From Fibrobacterota bacterium (lineage in GTDB: Bacteria; Fibrobacterota; Fibrobacteria; UBA11236): a DNA stretch of 64,000 bases. Positions 28,033 through 36,393 of this stretch are shown here, in pieces. The stretch's first letter is position 1; each line of letters starts with the position of its first letter. The position numbers and the translations under genes are program-made. The notes under the pieces are model-generated. The model was given only the letters and a program-made list of their open reading frames with translations. It was not told the DNA's origin and did no database searches. The DNA is taken from positions 2,810 to 66,809 of the forward strand of contig JAHFCH010000008.1 in assembly GCA_023249635.1 (NCBI GenBank), given 5' to 3'.

Positions 28033-28887
28033 TTAGTGACCCAGCAGGCTGAGTACGCCCTGCGGGACCTGATTCGCCTGAGCCAACATCGAGGTTGCGC
28101 TCTGCGAGAGGATTTGCGCTCTCGTGAATTCCGTCGTCTCCTGGGCGAAGTCCACGTCGCGGATGCGGCTTTCCGCGTCCTGAGTGTTATACACCTGGTT
28201 GGACAGATTGCTGATGGCGAACTCGAGGCGGTTCACGTAGGCGCCCATGTCCGAACGCATGGTGTTCACCGACTTGATGGCCATATCGATGATGGACAGG
28301 GCGGAGAGGGCCGTGGCCGAGGTCGAAACGGCAGTGGTCACCGAGCTCATGCCCAAAGCGCCCAGGGTCATCGCCGTAATGGTGATGCTGATGCGGTCGA
28401 TGGACTGGCTGGAGCCCGCGCCGATGTGAAGAACCGAAGCCGCGCCGCCGGACACGCCGAACGAGCTCGACTGGCCGTCCAACAGGGTCATGCCGTTATA
28501 GCTGGCCGAGTTGGAGATTCGGGTGATTTCAGACATCAGCTGCCCGAATTCCTTGTCGATATAGGCGCGCTCCGTGGTGGTCATGGTATCCGTGGAGCTC
28601 TGGATGGAGAGTTCGCGCATGCGCTGGAGGATGTTATTGACTTCCCCGGTGGCGCCTTCCGCGATTTGGATGAGCGCGATGCCGTCTTCTGCGTTGCTCT
28701 TGGCCCGGCCCATTCCGCGGATTTTGCTCCGCAGGGACTCGGACACCGACAGGCCCGCAGCGTCGTCCGACGCACGGTTGATCCGCATGCCGGTGGACAG
28801 TTTTTCAAGGGACTTGGTCAGCGAGTTCTGCTGGGTGGCGAGAGCGCCCTGACCGATCATCGAGGAAATGTTGTGATTGATGCGCAT
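28033..28887 (-). CDS. flagellin, paralog 6 (subfamily A)
   Basis: 284-aa flagellin. It shares the subfamily-A signatures (ERAYIDKEF, RISITITAMTLGALGMS) with paralog 1. Confidence 0.9.
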   Translation of the reverse strand: MRINHNISSMIGQGALATQQNSLTKSLEKLSTGMRINRASDDAAGLSVSESLRSKIRGMGRAKSNAEDGIALIQIAEGATGEVNNILQRMRELSIQSSTDTMTTTERAYIDKEFGQLMSEITRISNSASYNGMTLLDGQSSSFGVSGGAASVLHIGAGSSQSIDRISITITAMTLGALGMSSVTTAVSTSATALSALSIIDMAIKSVNTMRSDMGAYVNRLEFAISNLSNQVYNTQDAESRIRDVDFAQETTEFTRAQILSQSATSMLAQANQVPQGVLSLLGH

Positions 28888-28989
28888 GGTAAGTAACCTC
28901 CGTGTTGTTTTATTTCGCTCGGCAGCTTCCTTGCTGCTTCGCGGTTCCGCCCTTTCGAGGCGAACCGGGACTCCCTCCCGGCCTACACA

Positions 28990-29025
28990 AACTTCATCGG
29001 ACTATTTTTGCCCGGGGTTAAGGAC
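28990..29025 (-). promoter_or_regulatory. putative sigma-28-type promoter for flagellin 6
   Basis: The minus strand reads CTTAAC-N16-CCGATGAA. The -35 is degenerate. Confidence 0.35.
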
Positions 29026-29313
29026 TTTTTTTCCATAAGTCAAAGTGCCACCGCAACTTAACGCGATAGCTAAAGTGGCTTGCGATGGATTAGGCGAAGA
29101 AAAAACGGGGAAATGCCCGTATTTCCACAGTAACCCGGGTGATACGGTAACAGGCCTGTAGCGGAACTTGAAGTGGAATCTGCGGAGCGGCCGAAGCCGA
29201 AGGGGAAAAATATTCCGAGGAGGGGGGGCCGGAAGGGCCGGCGACCGGAATGGGGGCCGGTCGCGTAGCCCCCCGACCCCCTTATATAAGGGGAGCGGGG
29301 CGGGGAGCCCGGC

Positions 29314-30402
29314 TCAGAACCAGGCCAGTTTGCGCATCCGGATGCCCGCAGCCGTGATGATGGCGGCAAAATAGACTCCCGGCCGCGGGGGAGCGAACTC
29401 CCGCCCGCCCGCGGCCACGGGAACGCGCGCGCCGTCGGCGCCGCGGATCCATAGGAAGGCGCCGCCGCGCAGTACGAATGACCGGCCTTCGCGCGCCAGC
29501 GAGAAAACCTCCGCCTCGCCCGGTGCGATGGCGGTAGGCGTGTTGCAGTCCGCGGGATTGCTCTTTACGAAGAAGCTCCGGTACGCGGGCTTGCTCTTGT
29601 CCATGCAGCCTTCCAAATCAAGGATGGATAGTTCCTTGAACTGGGTGGAGGTGCCTTCCGCCTGCACGGAAAGGTATCCGTCCTTGAGAGGGGTGCCGTT
29701 ATCCTCGCGCAGACGGGTGTACTCGAAAACCTTGGCGCCATGGATGAAATGCTGCACCAGGGAATCGGAAAGGACGCGTACGGTAACGTCGGTCCAACCG
29801 GCGGGGTCCTCGAAGGGAATGGTCTTCTTCTTCCAGGCATCCGGATATTGCGAGGCGGTGCAATGCTGGGTATAGTCGGCGTTCCCATTGTAGGCCACGA
29901 AGGTGCTGGGAGTGCAGAGGTTGGCGGTATGCCCCGAGGGCCAATCGGCGCTGGCGGGCTCGGCCCCGTTCTTGGGTCCCAGCAACTGGACTTCGATGCT
30001 GGTGGGGAAATCCTTTCCCTTCATGGTCTTGGGATCCTGGCTATGCAGCATCAGGCCGTTGTTCTGCATGTTCCACCCCTGTCCCCAGTCGGGACCGTAG
30101 GTCGCGGTCTGGAAGCGGTATTGGGCGCGGACCATGTAAAAGGAGAATTTCCGCTTGGTGTAGAAAAGATGCCCGAAGCCGGTCGTGTTGAACGAGATGT
30201 GGATGTTGATGTCCAGGTACCCTTCCGGGGATACCCGGTAGGTACTGTCAGGATTGCCGATCCCGGTCTTCTGGAAATACGGCGTCCAGTCGCGTAGATC
30301 CTTTCCGTTGAGAAGCGAAACCCAGGTCGAATCTTCGGCGCGGGCGGCGCCCGCCAGCAGACATGCGAATGCCAATGGCTTCAAAGCGGATGTGCGAATC
30401 AT
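29314..30402 (-). CDS. DUF1080 (3-keto-disaccharide hydrolase-like) protein with T9SS C-terminal sorting domain
   Basis: Signal peptide. DUF1080-type N-terminus (WVSLLNGKDLRDWTPYF...FGHLFYTKRKFSFYMVRAQYRF). C-terminal Por-type CTD (FAPPRPGVYFAAIITAAGIRMRKLAWF). Confidence 0.6.
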   Translation of the reverse strand: MIRTSALKPLAFACLLAGAARAEDSTWVSLLNGKDLRDWTPYFQKTGIGNPDSTYRVSPEGYLDINIHISFNTTGFGHLFYTKRKFSFYMVRAQYRFQTATYGPDWGQGWNMQNNGLMLHSQDPKTMKGKDFPTSIEVQLLGPKNGAEPASADWPSGHTANLCTPSTFVAYNGNADYTQHCTASQYPDAWKKKTIPFEDPAGWTDVTVRVLSDSLVQHFIHGAKVFEYTRLREDNGTPLKDGYLSVQAEGTSTQFKELSILDLEGCMDKSKPAYRSFFVKSNPADCNTPTAIAPGEAEVFSLAREGRSFVLRGGAFLWIRGADGARVPVAAGGREFAPPRPGVYFAAIITAAGIRMRKLAWF

Positions 30403-30461
30403 CAGGTACCCCCGGAAATGGAAAAGAGCGCCCGCAGCCATACCGGATGCGGGCGCGGCTG

Positions 30462-31559
30462 TCAGTAGAAGGCGAACTTGCGAACGGCCGAACCCGCGGC
30501 GGTGCGCACGGTGGCGAAGTATAGGCCCGGCCTATCGGGCGCGAAGCCGGTGACGTTCGCCACGGAGGCGAAGGATGCGCACAGGCTGCCATCGGCACGA
30601 CGCACTTCGGAGAAGGCGGCTCCCTCACCGCTGACCCGCAGCATATCGCCGACGCGGGCGAGATCGAACCGAACGGGTCGCGGTGCGGCGCGAGCGGTCG
30701 TCACCTTGCAGGCTTCCGGATCATCCTTCACGAAATAGGTACGATAGGCCGCCTTGGTCTTATCCATGCAACCCACCAGATCCAAAAGGTCTATCTTGCG
30801 GAAGAGCACCGGGGCGCTTTCCGCCTGGATCACCACATAACCTTCCTTCAGCGCCTTGCCGTTCACGATTTGGACCGTGTTGCCCGATACGTTACCCCCG
30901 CCCATCTCGGGCTTGGTGAATTTGAATACCGTATCCTTGCCTACCATATGCTTGATGACGGAGTCGCCCAGCACCAAAGCCGAGACCGTGGTCCAGGCCG
31001 GGGTGGGTTGGCGGGTATTCGCGGTGGCATTCACGCAATGATCCGTGATCAGCTTGCCCGCCATGTCGTGGAAATTGGTTCCCGGAGTGCACAGGTTCAT
31101 GGTACCGCTCCCATTGGCCGGTCCCAGCAATTGCGCTTCCAGGCTGATGGGAAAATCCTGATCCAGACCCATGCTGGCGATGGATTGGGAATGCAACATG
31201 AAACCGTTATTCTCTTTGGCCCAGCCCGGACCGCCCGGCACCTGTTTGTCGGTGATGAACTGGTATTCCCCGCGCAGCAGATAATAGGAGAAGGGCCGCA
31301 GCTTGTAGCCCATGTGCCCGAAAGGTTCGCCGTCGAAGTTCTTGTACTCGGAGTAGTCGACGAACAGGTTGCCGTTCACCACCTTGAAGGTGTGCAGGGT
31401 ATCCTTGTTCAGGGCCTGGTGGCGGATCTTGAAATCCCAGTCCTTGAGATCCTTCCCGTTGAACAGGTGGATCCAGGCCGAATCCTCGGCGGCGCGCGCG
31501 GCCCCGGCCATGCAGAACGCGATCAGGAGCGGCAACGCCGCCCGGCGGAAAATGTCCAT
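30462..31559 (-). CDS. DUF1080 protein paralog with T9SS C-terminal sorting domain
   Basis: WIHLFNGKDLKDWDFKI...GHMGYKLRPFSYYLLRGEYQF resembles its neighbour. CTD is FAPDRPGLYFATVRTAAGSAVRKFAFY. Confidence 0.6.
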   Translation of the reverse strand: MDIFRRAALPLLIAFCMAGAARAAEDSAWIHLFNGKDLKDWDFKIRHQALNKDTLHTFKVVNGNLFVDYSEYKNFDGEPFGHMGYKLRPFSYYLLRGEYQFITDKQVPGGPGWAKENNGFMLHSQSIASMGLDQDFPISLEAQLLGPANGSGTMNLCTPGTNFHDMAGKLITDHCVNATANTRQPTPAWTTVSALVLGDSVIKHMVGKDTVFKFTKPEMGGGNVSGNTVQIVNGKALKEGYVVIQAESAPVLFRKIDLLDLVGCMDKTKAAYRTYFVKDDPEACKVTTARAAPRPVRFDLARVGDMLRVSGEGAAFSEVRRADGSLCASFASVANVTGFAPDRPGLYFATVRTAAGSAVRKFAFY

Positions 31560-31709
31560 GCGTGTATCCCCCACGAAATGTTTGCCGAAACCGTTCCCCC
31601 CCGGGGACGCGATGCCATGAACCCGGGAGGATGGGCGCCGGCCACTTGGCCTCCCGGCCGGCGCCTCCTACGGGAGTATTCTCCCGCCGGTCCCCCCCTG
31701 GGAATCCCT

Positions 31710-33524
31710 TTACAGGTAGCGCACCCGCAGCAGCCCACCGGCGATGGCGGCGGGTAATTCCACCCGCAGCTTGCCTTCGGCGCCCGCGCGTACGTAGGTC
31801 CAGACCTTGCGGCCCGACATGTCGAAGATCTCCAGCCCGTAAACCCCAATGGGCAGATCCACGGCCCGGAAGCCTGCCAGGAAGGCCATGGGCTTGGGAG
31901 CGGACATGGCCTTGATGGCGCGGATGGAAACCGTGGTCTTGCACGCCGCGGGGCTGTTCAGGTTGGCGGTTTTGTCATACTCCTGGTACTTGGTATCCAT
32001 GCAGCCTTCCTTGATGAAGCCGCAGGACTTGTAATCCTTCTGGGCGCCGGTGTATTGCAGGCTCAGCACCGCTCCGTTGTCGTAGTCCAGAAGGTAGAGC
32101 GAACCATCGGGCCCCATTTCCATATCCGTCATCGAGATGTTGGTGCGGATGCGCTCCAGGTTGGTCAGGGTCCCTTCGGCGTCCAGGCTCATGAGCCACA
32201 GGTAGTGCCGCGAGTAATCGCCCAGGATCACCTTGCGGTGGAAATAAGGCGGGAGTTTCACGGCCGAGGTGACCGCGGGATTGAAATCGTAGGTGGGGCC
32301 CATCATGGCGGTTTCGGAACCCCCGCCCAGCTTGGCCGGGATGCCCTTCTGCAAGCCGTTGGCGCAGTACCAGACCAACGGGGGCTTGACCGGAGGCAAA
32401 TCCACCAGGCCGGTATTGTAGGAGGAGAGATTCTTAAGCTTGGCAAGATCAAAGCTCTGGCCCACCTTCATGCCCGCGGCGATGTATTCCTTTTCGTAGT
32501 CGCGCACCTTGTACGGTTCCATGTTGCCGTTGCCGAAAGGCCAGCCGAAATTGGACGCCGACTTGGCGAGGTACACGTGATCGTAGCCGGGAGGCCCCTT
32601 GGCGCTGTCGTAATCGTTGGCATCCGCGCCGACTTCGCCGATGAAGGCCCAGCCGGTCACCGAGTCCACCTTGACGCGGTAGGCGTTGCGGGTGCCCATG
32701 GTATAGATCTCCGGGCGGGCCTTGTCCGTGCCCGGCGGGAACAGGTTACCGATGGGGATGGTATAGGTGGTGCCTACGCCCGGGGTCGGGGTCTGGGCAT
32801 CCGCGAAAGCAATAGGGTGGATACGCACGACCTTGCCCCGCAGATCGTTGGTGTTGCCCGCGGTGCGCAAGCCGTTGGAATAGGCGTTATCGGGATCGCG
32901 GGGACCGTAAACCGAGCGGTCTCCGAAGGGGTAGGTATCATCGCCGACCGAAAGGAACAGGTCGCCGGTACGTTCGTTCCACGAGAGGCCGCCGCCGGCA
33001 TGGCGTTCGTCATGGCCGCCGCCGACGCGGGTGCGGGGAATGGTCAGGATGATCTTCTGGTTGGTGAGCTTGCCCGCGGCCACCGTAAAGCGCGAGATTT
33101 GGGTGGTGCCCATGGTGCTGGGGGTGTGGTAGATGTACAGCCAGCCGGTCTTGGCGTAGTCGACGTCGGCGATGATGCCGAGCATACCGTCTTCGACCTT
33201 CAGGCCTTCGTTGGTGCCCACGGTTCCGGCCACTTCGGCGGCCTTGCCCGGGGTGTAATGCCACACCTTGCCCGACCATTGCTCCACGGCGAAGATCTCG
33301 CCGTTCTTGAGCACCGCCATATGGCTGGGATTGGACATGGTGTTCTTAGGGATGATCTCGACGGTCTTGAATTCCGACTCCGCCGGCATGGCGCAGGTCT
33401 GCGCCCGCGCCGTTCCGCTTAGAGTCAGGCAAGCGACGGTCGCCAGCGCAGCGTATGCGAAGGCCCCCCCAACGTTCCCCCTATTGGCCTCCGGCCGCCG
33501 CTTGCCCGATAGTAGCTGTATCAT
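31710..33524 (-). CDS. soluble PQQ-dependent glucose/sorbosone dehydrogenase-like beta-propeller protein with T9SS CTD
   Basis: SGDH-family blocks (DGMLGIIADVDYAKTGWLYIYHT...ISRFT, HAGGGLSWNERTGDLFLSVGDD, LRGKVVRIHP). The C-terminal ~80 aa are Por-CTD-like (YGLEIFDMSGRKVWTY...LRVRYL). Confidence 0.6.
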   Translation of the reverse strand: MIQLLSGKRRPEANRGNVGGAFAYAALATVACLTLSGTARAQTCAMPAESEFKTVEIIPKNTMSNPSHMAVLKNGEIFAVEQWSGKVWHYTPGKAAEVAGTVGTNEGLKVEDGMLGIIADVDYAKTGWLYIYHTPSTMGTTQISRFTVAAGKLTNQKIILTIPRTRVGGGHDERHAGGGLSWNERTGDLFLSVGDDTYPFGDRSVYGPRDPDNAYSNGLRTAGNTNDLRGKVVRIHPIAFADAQTPTPGVGTTYTIPIGNLFPPGTDKARPEIYTMGTRNAYRVKVDSVTGWAFIGEVGADANDYDSAKGPPGYDHVYLAKSASNFGWPFGNGNMEPYKVRDYEKEYIAAGMKVGQSFDLAKLKNLSSYNTGLVDLPPVKPPLVWYCANGLQKGIPAKLGGGSETAMMGPTYDFNPAVTSAVKLPPYFHRKVILGDYSRHYLWLMSLDAEGTLTNLERIRTNISMTDMEMGPDGSLYLLDYDNGAVLSLQYTGAQKDYKSCGFIKEGCMDTKYQEYDKTANLNSPAACKTTVSIRAIKAMSAPKPMAFLAGFRAVDLPIGVYGLEIFDMSGRKVWTYVRAGAEGKLRVELPAAIAGGLLRVRYL

Positions 33525-33549
33525 GCATCCCCCCTTTTGCGTTCCGTCG

Positions 33550-35226
33550 CTATGGCCCGAACGCGGGGAATGCCGCGCCGGGCTTCTGGTTCTCGAAGCT
33601 CAATTTCGCCCAGTCCGCATCGCGGGACCGGGAATGGATCTGCGCCTCATCGAGATCCCCGTCGAATTCGAAGAAAGGCTTGCCGTTGCCGTGCTTGCCC
33701 ATGGTGACGTTGAGCGGGAAAAGCAATCCCACCACATCGCCGGCGGGAGAGGATCCCACTTCCTTGCCGTCGCAGTACAGGTGCAGGGCGGTGCCGTCGA
33801 AGGTTCCCATGATCAGGTGCCAATTGCCGTCGAGCAGATTCTTCACGGGCGCGCTCACGTAATTCCACTCGGTTTTGGCGCCGGTAGGCGGCTTAGGCGG
33901 CCAATACCACATGTGCAACCCGGAGTCCCTGAATACGCGCATACCGTAATTGTCGCCCACGTTGAGCACCTCGCCGCCAGCCGAGCCTAGGCGTTTGCCG
34001 TTGCTGCGGAACCAGATGGATAGGGTGAAGGCGGAAGTGAGCTTGACGCCGTTGGCGGGCTTGGAAGCCACGATGTAATCGCCGGAGTCGATGCCGTGGC
34101 CGCGGCCCACCACGCCTTCCCGGTCGGTGTTGCGGATACGATCATCCCCGTCGCTGCCCGCGCCGGTGGCATCCTTGTAAAGGCTATCGGTGGTGGTGTC
34201 GGCAGCCTCCTCTTCCAGGTGCCAGACGCCGGCGAAACCGGTCGCGGTATCGAATACGGGACGGGCTTTGGGTCCCGCCTTGGTCGTCGCGCCCCAATGC
34301 ATGGTAAACGCTTGGCCGGATTCACGGGCGTGCAGGGTATCGATGCGCAGCCAGAGGTCGGCATGCCCGGCGGCGGAATCCCAATCCTGGACCACATAAG
34401 GCAAGGGCATGCCGCCCGGCGATGAGAAACGTACGTCGGCGCCGCGGGCGATGGACTGGGAGAAGTCGAAAGCGGGAGCCTGCAGCCGCACCAGCATGGG
34501 GAAATCGATCATGTCCTTGGAGATGAGGGTGACTCCCGAACCGGTATTGGCGATCAGCTTACGCGCATGCGGCCAGGCCGCGTAGGCATCCACATGGGTA
34601 ACCTCGCCTTTGCGTACCTGCACGTCCCGGGCCAGCACCATGGGCGCGGAGGCCGAATCGGCTTTCTTGTACTCGATGCGCGGCACCAGCCCGGCGGGGA
34701 CGGAATCGAGGGTGATGGCTCCGGCTATGCGCACTTCGGAATCGACGCGGCCGCGGATCTGGGTGCCCGGGATATAGATCCAGCCGAGGCCGGAATCGGC
34801 GGTCTCGGGCAGCGGCACCACCACGGCTCCCGGCGCGTGCAAGGTATCGGCGGGCAGGATAACCGAATCCTGGGCGACGCGGATGCCGTAGATGGAGAGC
34901 CGCGTATGCTCGTCATCGTTGCGGACCAGCACATCGTACTCGCCGTCGGCCAGGCGCGTGAAACGGTAGCGACCGTTGGCGTCGGTGGTATCCAGCAAGG
35001 TATCCGGCACCGCTTTGCCGGCGGAGGGATCGTAGTCGGCGGGCAGGATGGTCACCTGGGCGCCATGGGAAGGGACACCGCCCTCGGTCATCACCACTCC
35101 CGCAACCCGCGCGTTACCCGTCTCTGTGGCGTCGCCCCCCGATGCCATGCGGTTGCTGCAGGCCAGCAGGACGGCGCTCCCCACGAGCGCCGCCGCGGCC
35201 CCGAACCCTACCCACGCCCGCGTCAT
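33550..35226 (-). CDS. lipoprotein with carboxypeptidase-regulatory-like, DUF2341-like and LamG (concanavalin-like) domains (MshQ-like architecture)
   Basis: Lipobox LLACS. A CarbopepD_reg-like beta-sandwich (VVMTEGGVPSHGAQVTI...DANGRYRF..GEYDVLV). A C-terminal LamG-type region (VKLTSAFTLSIWFRS...GNWHLIMGTFDGTALHLYCDGKEVG). Confidence 0.5.
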   Translation of the reverse strand: MTRAWVGFGAAAALVGSAVLLACSNRMASGGDATETGNARVAGVVMTEGGVPSHGAQVTILPADYDPSAGKAVPDTLLDTTDANGRYRFTRLADGEYDVLVRNDDEHTRLSIYGIRVAQDSVILPADTLHAPGAVVVPLPETADSGLGWIYIPGTQIRGRVDSEVRIAGAITLDSVPAGLVPRIEYKKADSASAPMVLARDVQVRKGEVTHVDAYAAWPHARKLIANTGSGVTLISKDMIDFPMLVRLQAPAFDFSQSIARGADVRFSSPGGMPLPYVVQDWDSAAGHADLWLRIDTLHARESGQAFTMHWGATTKAGPKARPVFDTATGFAGVWHLEEEAADTTTDSLYKDATGAGSDGDDRIRNTDREGVVGRGHGIDSGDYIVASKPANGVKLTSAFTLSIWFRSNGKRLGSAGGEVLNVGDNYGMRVFRDSGLHMWYWPPKPPTGAKTEWNYVSAPVKNLLDGNWHLIMGTFDGTALHLYCDGKEVGSSPAGDVVGLLFPLNVTMGKHGNGKPFFEFDGDLDEAQIHSRSRDADWAKLSFENQKPGAAFPAFGP

Positions 35227-36065
35227 GGCTTGGCCGCCTTGCCCACGGGGAATAATTGGAAGTTGAGCTGGTAAACGCGATCGGGCGATTCCGCGGCCAT
35301 GGCCATATCCATGATTTCCTTGCGGAAGGCCTGGATGCGCGTCTTGATGCGGAGGAAATCCTCTTCGCCGATACCCAGGGTGAGCGCCGAGATGTCGCGT
35401 TCTTCCTTGGTGGAGATGTCATGGGCGCCTTCGGCGAGGCGCGAAACCTGCTTATGGTAATTGATGACGCTGAGGGAAGCCACTTCGTCGCCGGTGGAGA
35501 TGACGGCGCTGTTCTGGATGAAGACGCCGTCCTTGCCGCGGCTGATCAGGCCGAGCTTCTCGAGCAGGCGCACCGATTTCTTGGCCTCGCGGGCCGGGAT
35601 GGGCGGCATCAGGCATCGGGCGAGCAACGCGTAGTCGGGGGCCCCGTGGGGCCCCTTCCCGAAGTCTACCTTGGAAACCATGGACCGTATCACCGGATGG
35701 TACCACTTGGTGTAGTAATCGTACTGCTCCTCGCCTATCTTCGCGATCTTGAGCTTGCGTTTCAAGCCCAACATCCGCTGGTAATAATGGTCTTTGACCC
35801 CGTTGGTACGCGCCTGGGTGAAAGGCACCATTATCTCGAAATATTCCGTCTCCGCCTTGTTGAGTTTGAGGGCCTTGGCCACCCGCAGCACCGATTCCGC
35901 CGAAAGGTTCTTGCTGCCCTTGATGAGGTGCAGCAGCCAGGAGGTGGAATTCATGCCGGTGAGCTTGGAGAAATCCCGGTAGGTAAAGCCTTCCTGCTCC
36001 TTACGCTCCTCGTAGAAATCCTTCAGGAAGAGGCGGTAGTTGGTGTATTCGTAAACGCTTTTCAT
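35223..36065 (-). CDS. TIGR02147-like (Fibrobacter paralogous family) putative HTH regulator
   Basis: MKSVYEYTNYRLFLKDFYEERKEQEGFTYRDFSKLTGMNSTSWLLHLIKG has the N-terminal pattern I recall for TIGR02147. Start is an internal Met. Confidence 0.45.
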   Translation of the reverse strand: MKSVYEYTNYRLFLKDFYEERKEQEGFTYRDFSKLTGMNSTSWLLHLIKGSKNLSAESVLRVAKALKLNKAETEYFEIMVPFTQARTNGVKDHYYQRMLGLKRKLKIAKIGEEQYDYYTKWYHPVIRSMVSKVDFGKGPHGAPDYALLARCLMPPIPAREAKKSVRLLEKLGLISRGKDGVFIQNSAVISTGDEVASLSVINYHKQVSRLAEGAHDISTKEERDISALTLGIGEEDFLRIKTRIQAFRKEIMDMAMAAESPDRVYQLNFQLFPVGKAAKP

Positions 36066-36393
36066 ACTTTTGCACGAACTCGGTAAACAAGTCCGACGCA
36101 TTCCAAGATAGCGGGAAAGCTTTGAAAGTCAAGCCGTTCCCGCCGAATTCGACCTTAATCCCTCACCTTTTCGCGGTTTTTACTTCGCCCCGAAGCGAAT
36201 TCAGGTCGATTTTGAGTTATTTTCGATTTGGCCCTGGTCCAGGATTTGCCCTGATTAAAGCCGGACGACTCCATCTTTTGTAAAAATCTGGTAAACAGAA
36301 AAGCTCCCTTCGGCCAGCAGTCTTGGTCGCTTCCGGTCTGAAAGAAGTAAGCTTTCACGAAGTCACTCCACCCCCAGCCCTCCGGAGCCGTTC

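Noticed and set aside
22381-28852. Plus-strand ORFs inside the flagellin genes (22381-22998, 23088-24200, 23422-24057, 24593-25063, 25789-26106, 26967-27284, 28574-28852 and others)
   Set aside because: They are antisense shadow ORFs of the strongly supported minus-strand flagellin genes. They lack homology and start context and are typical of high-GC DNA.
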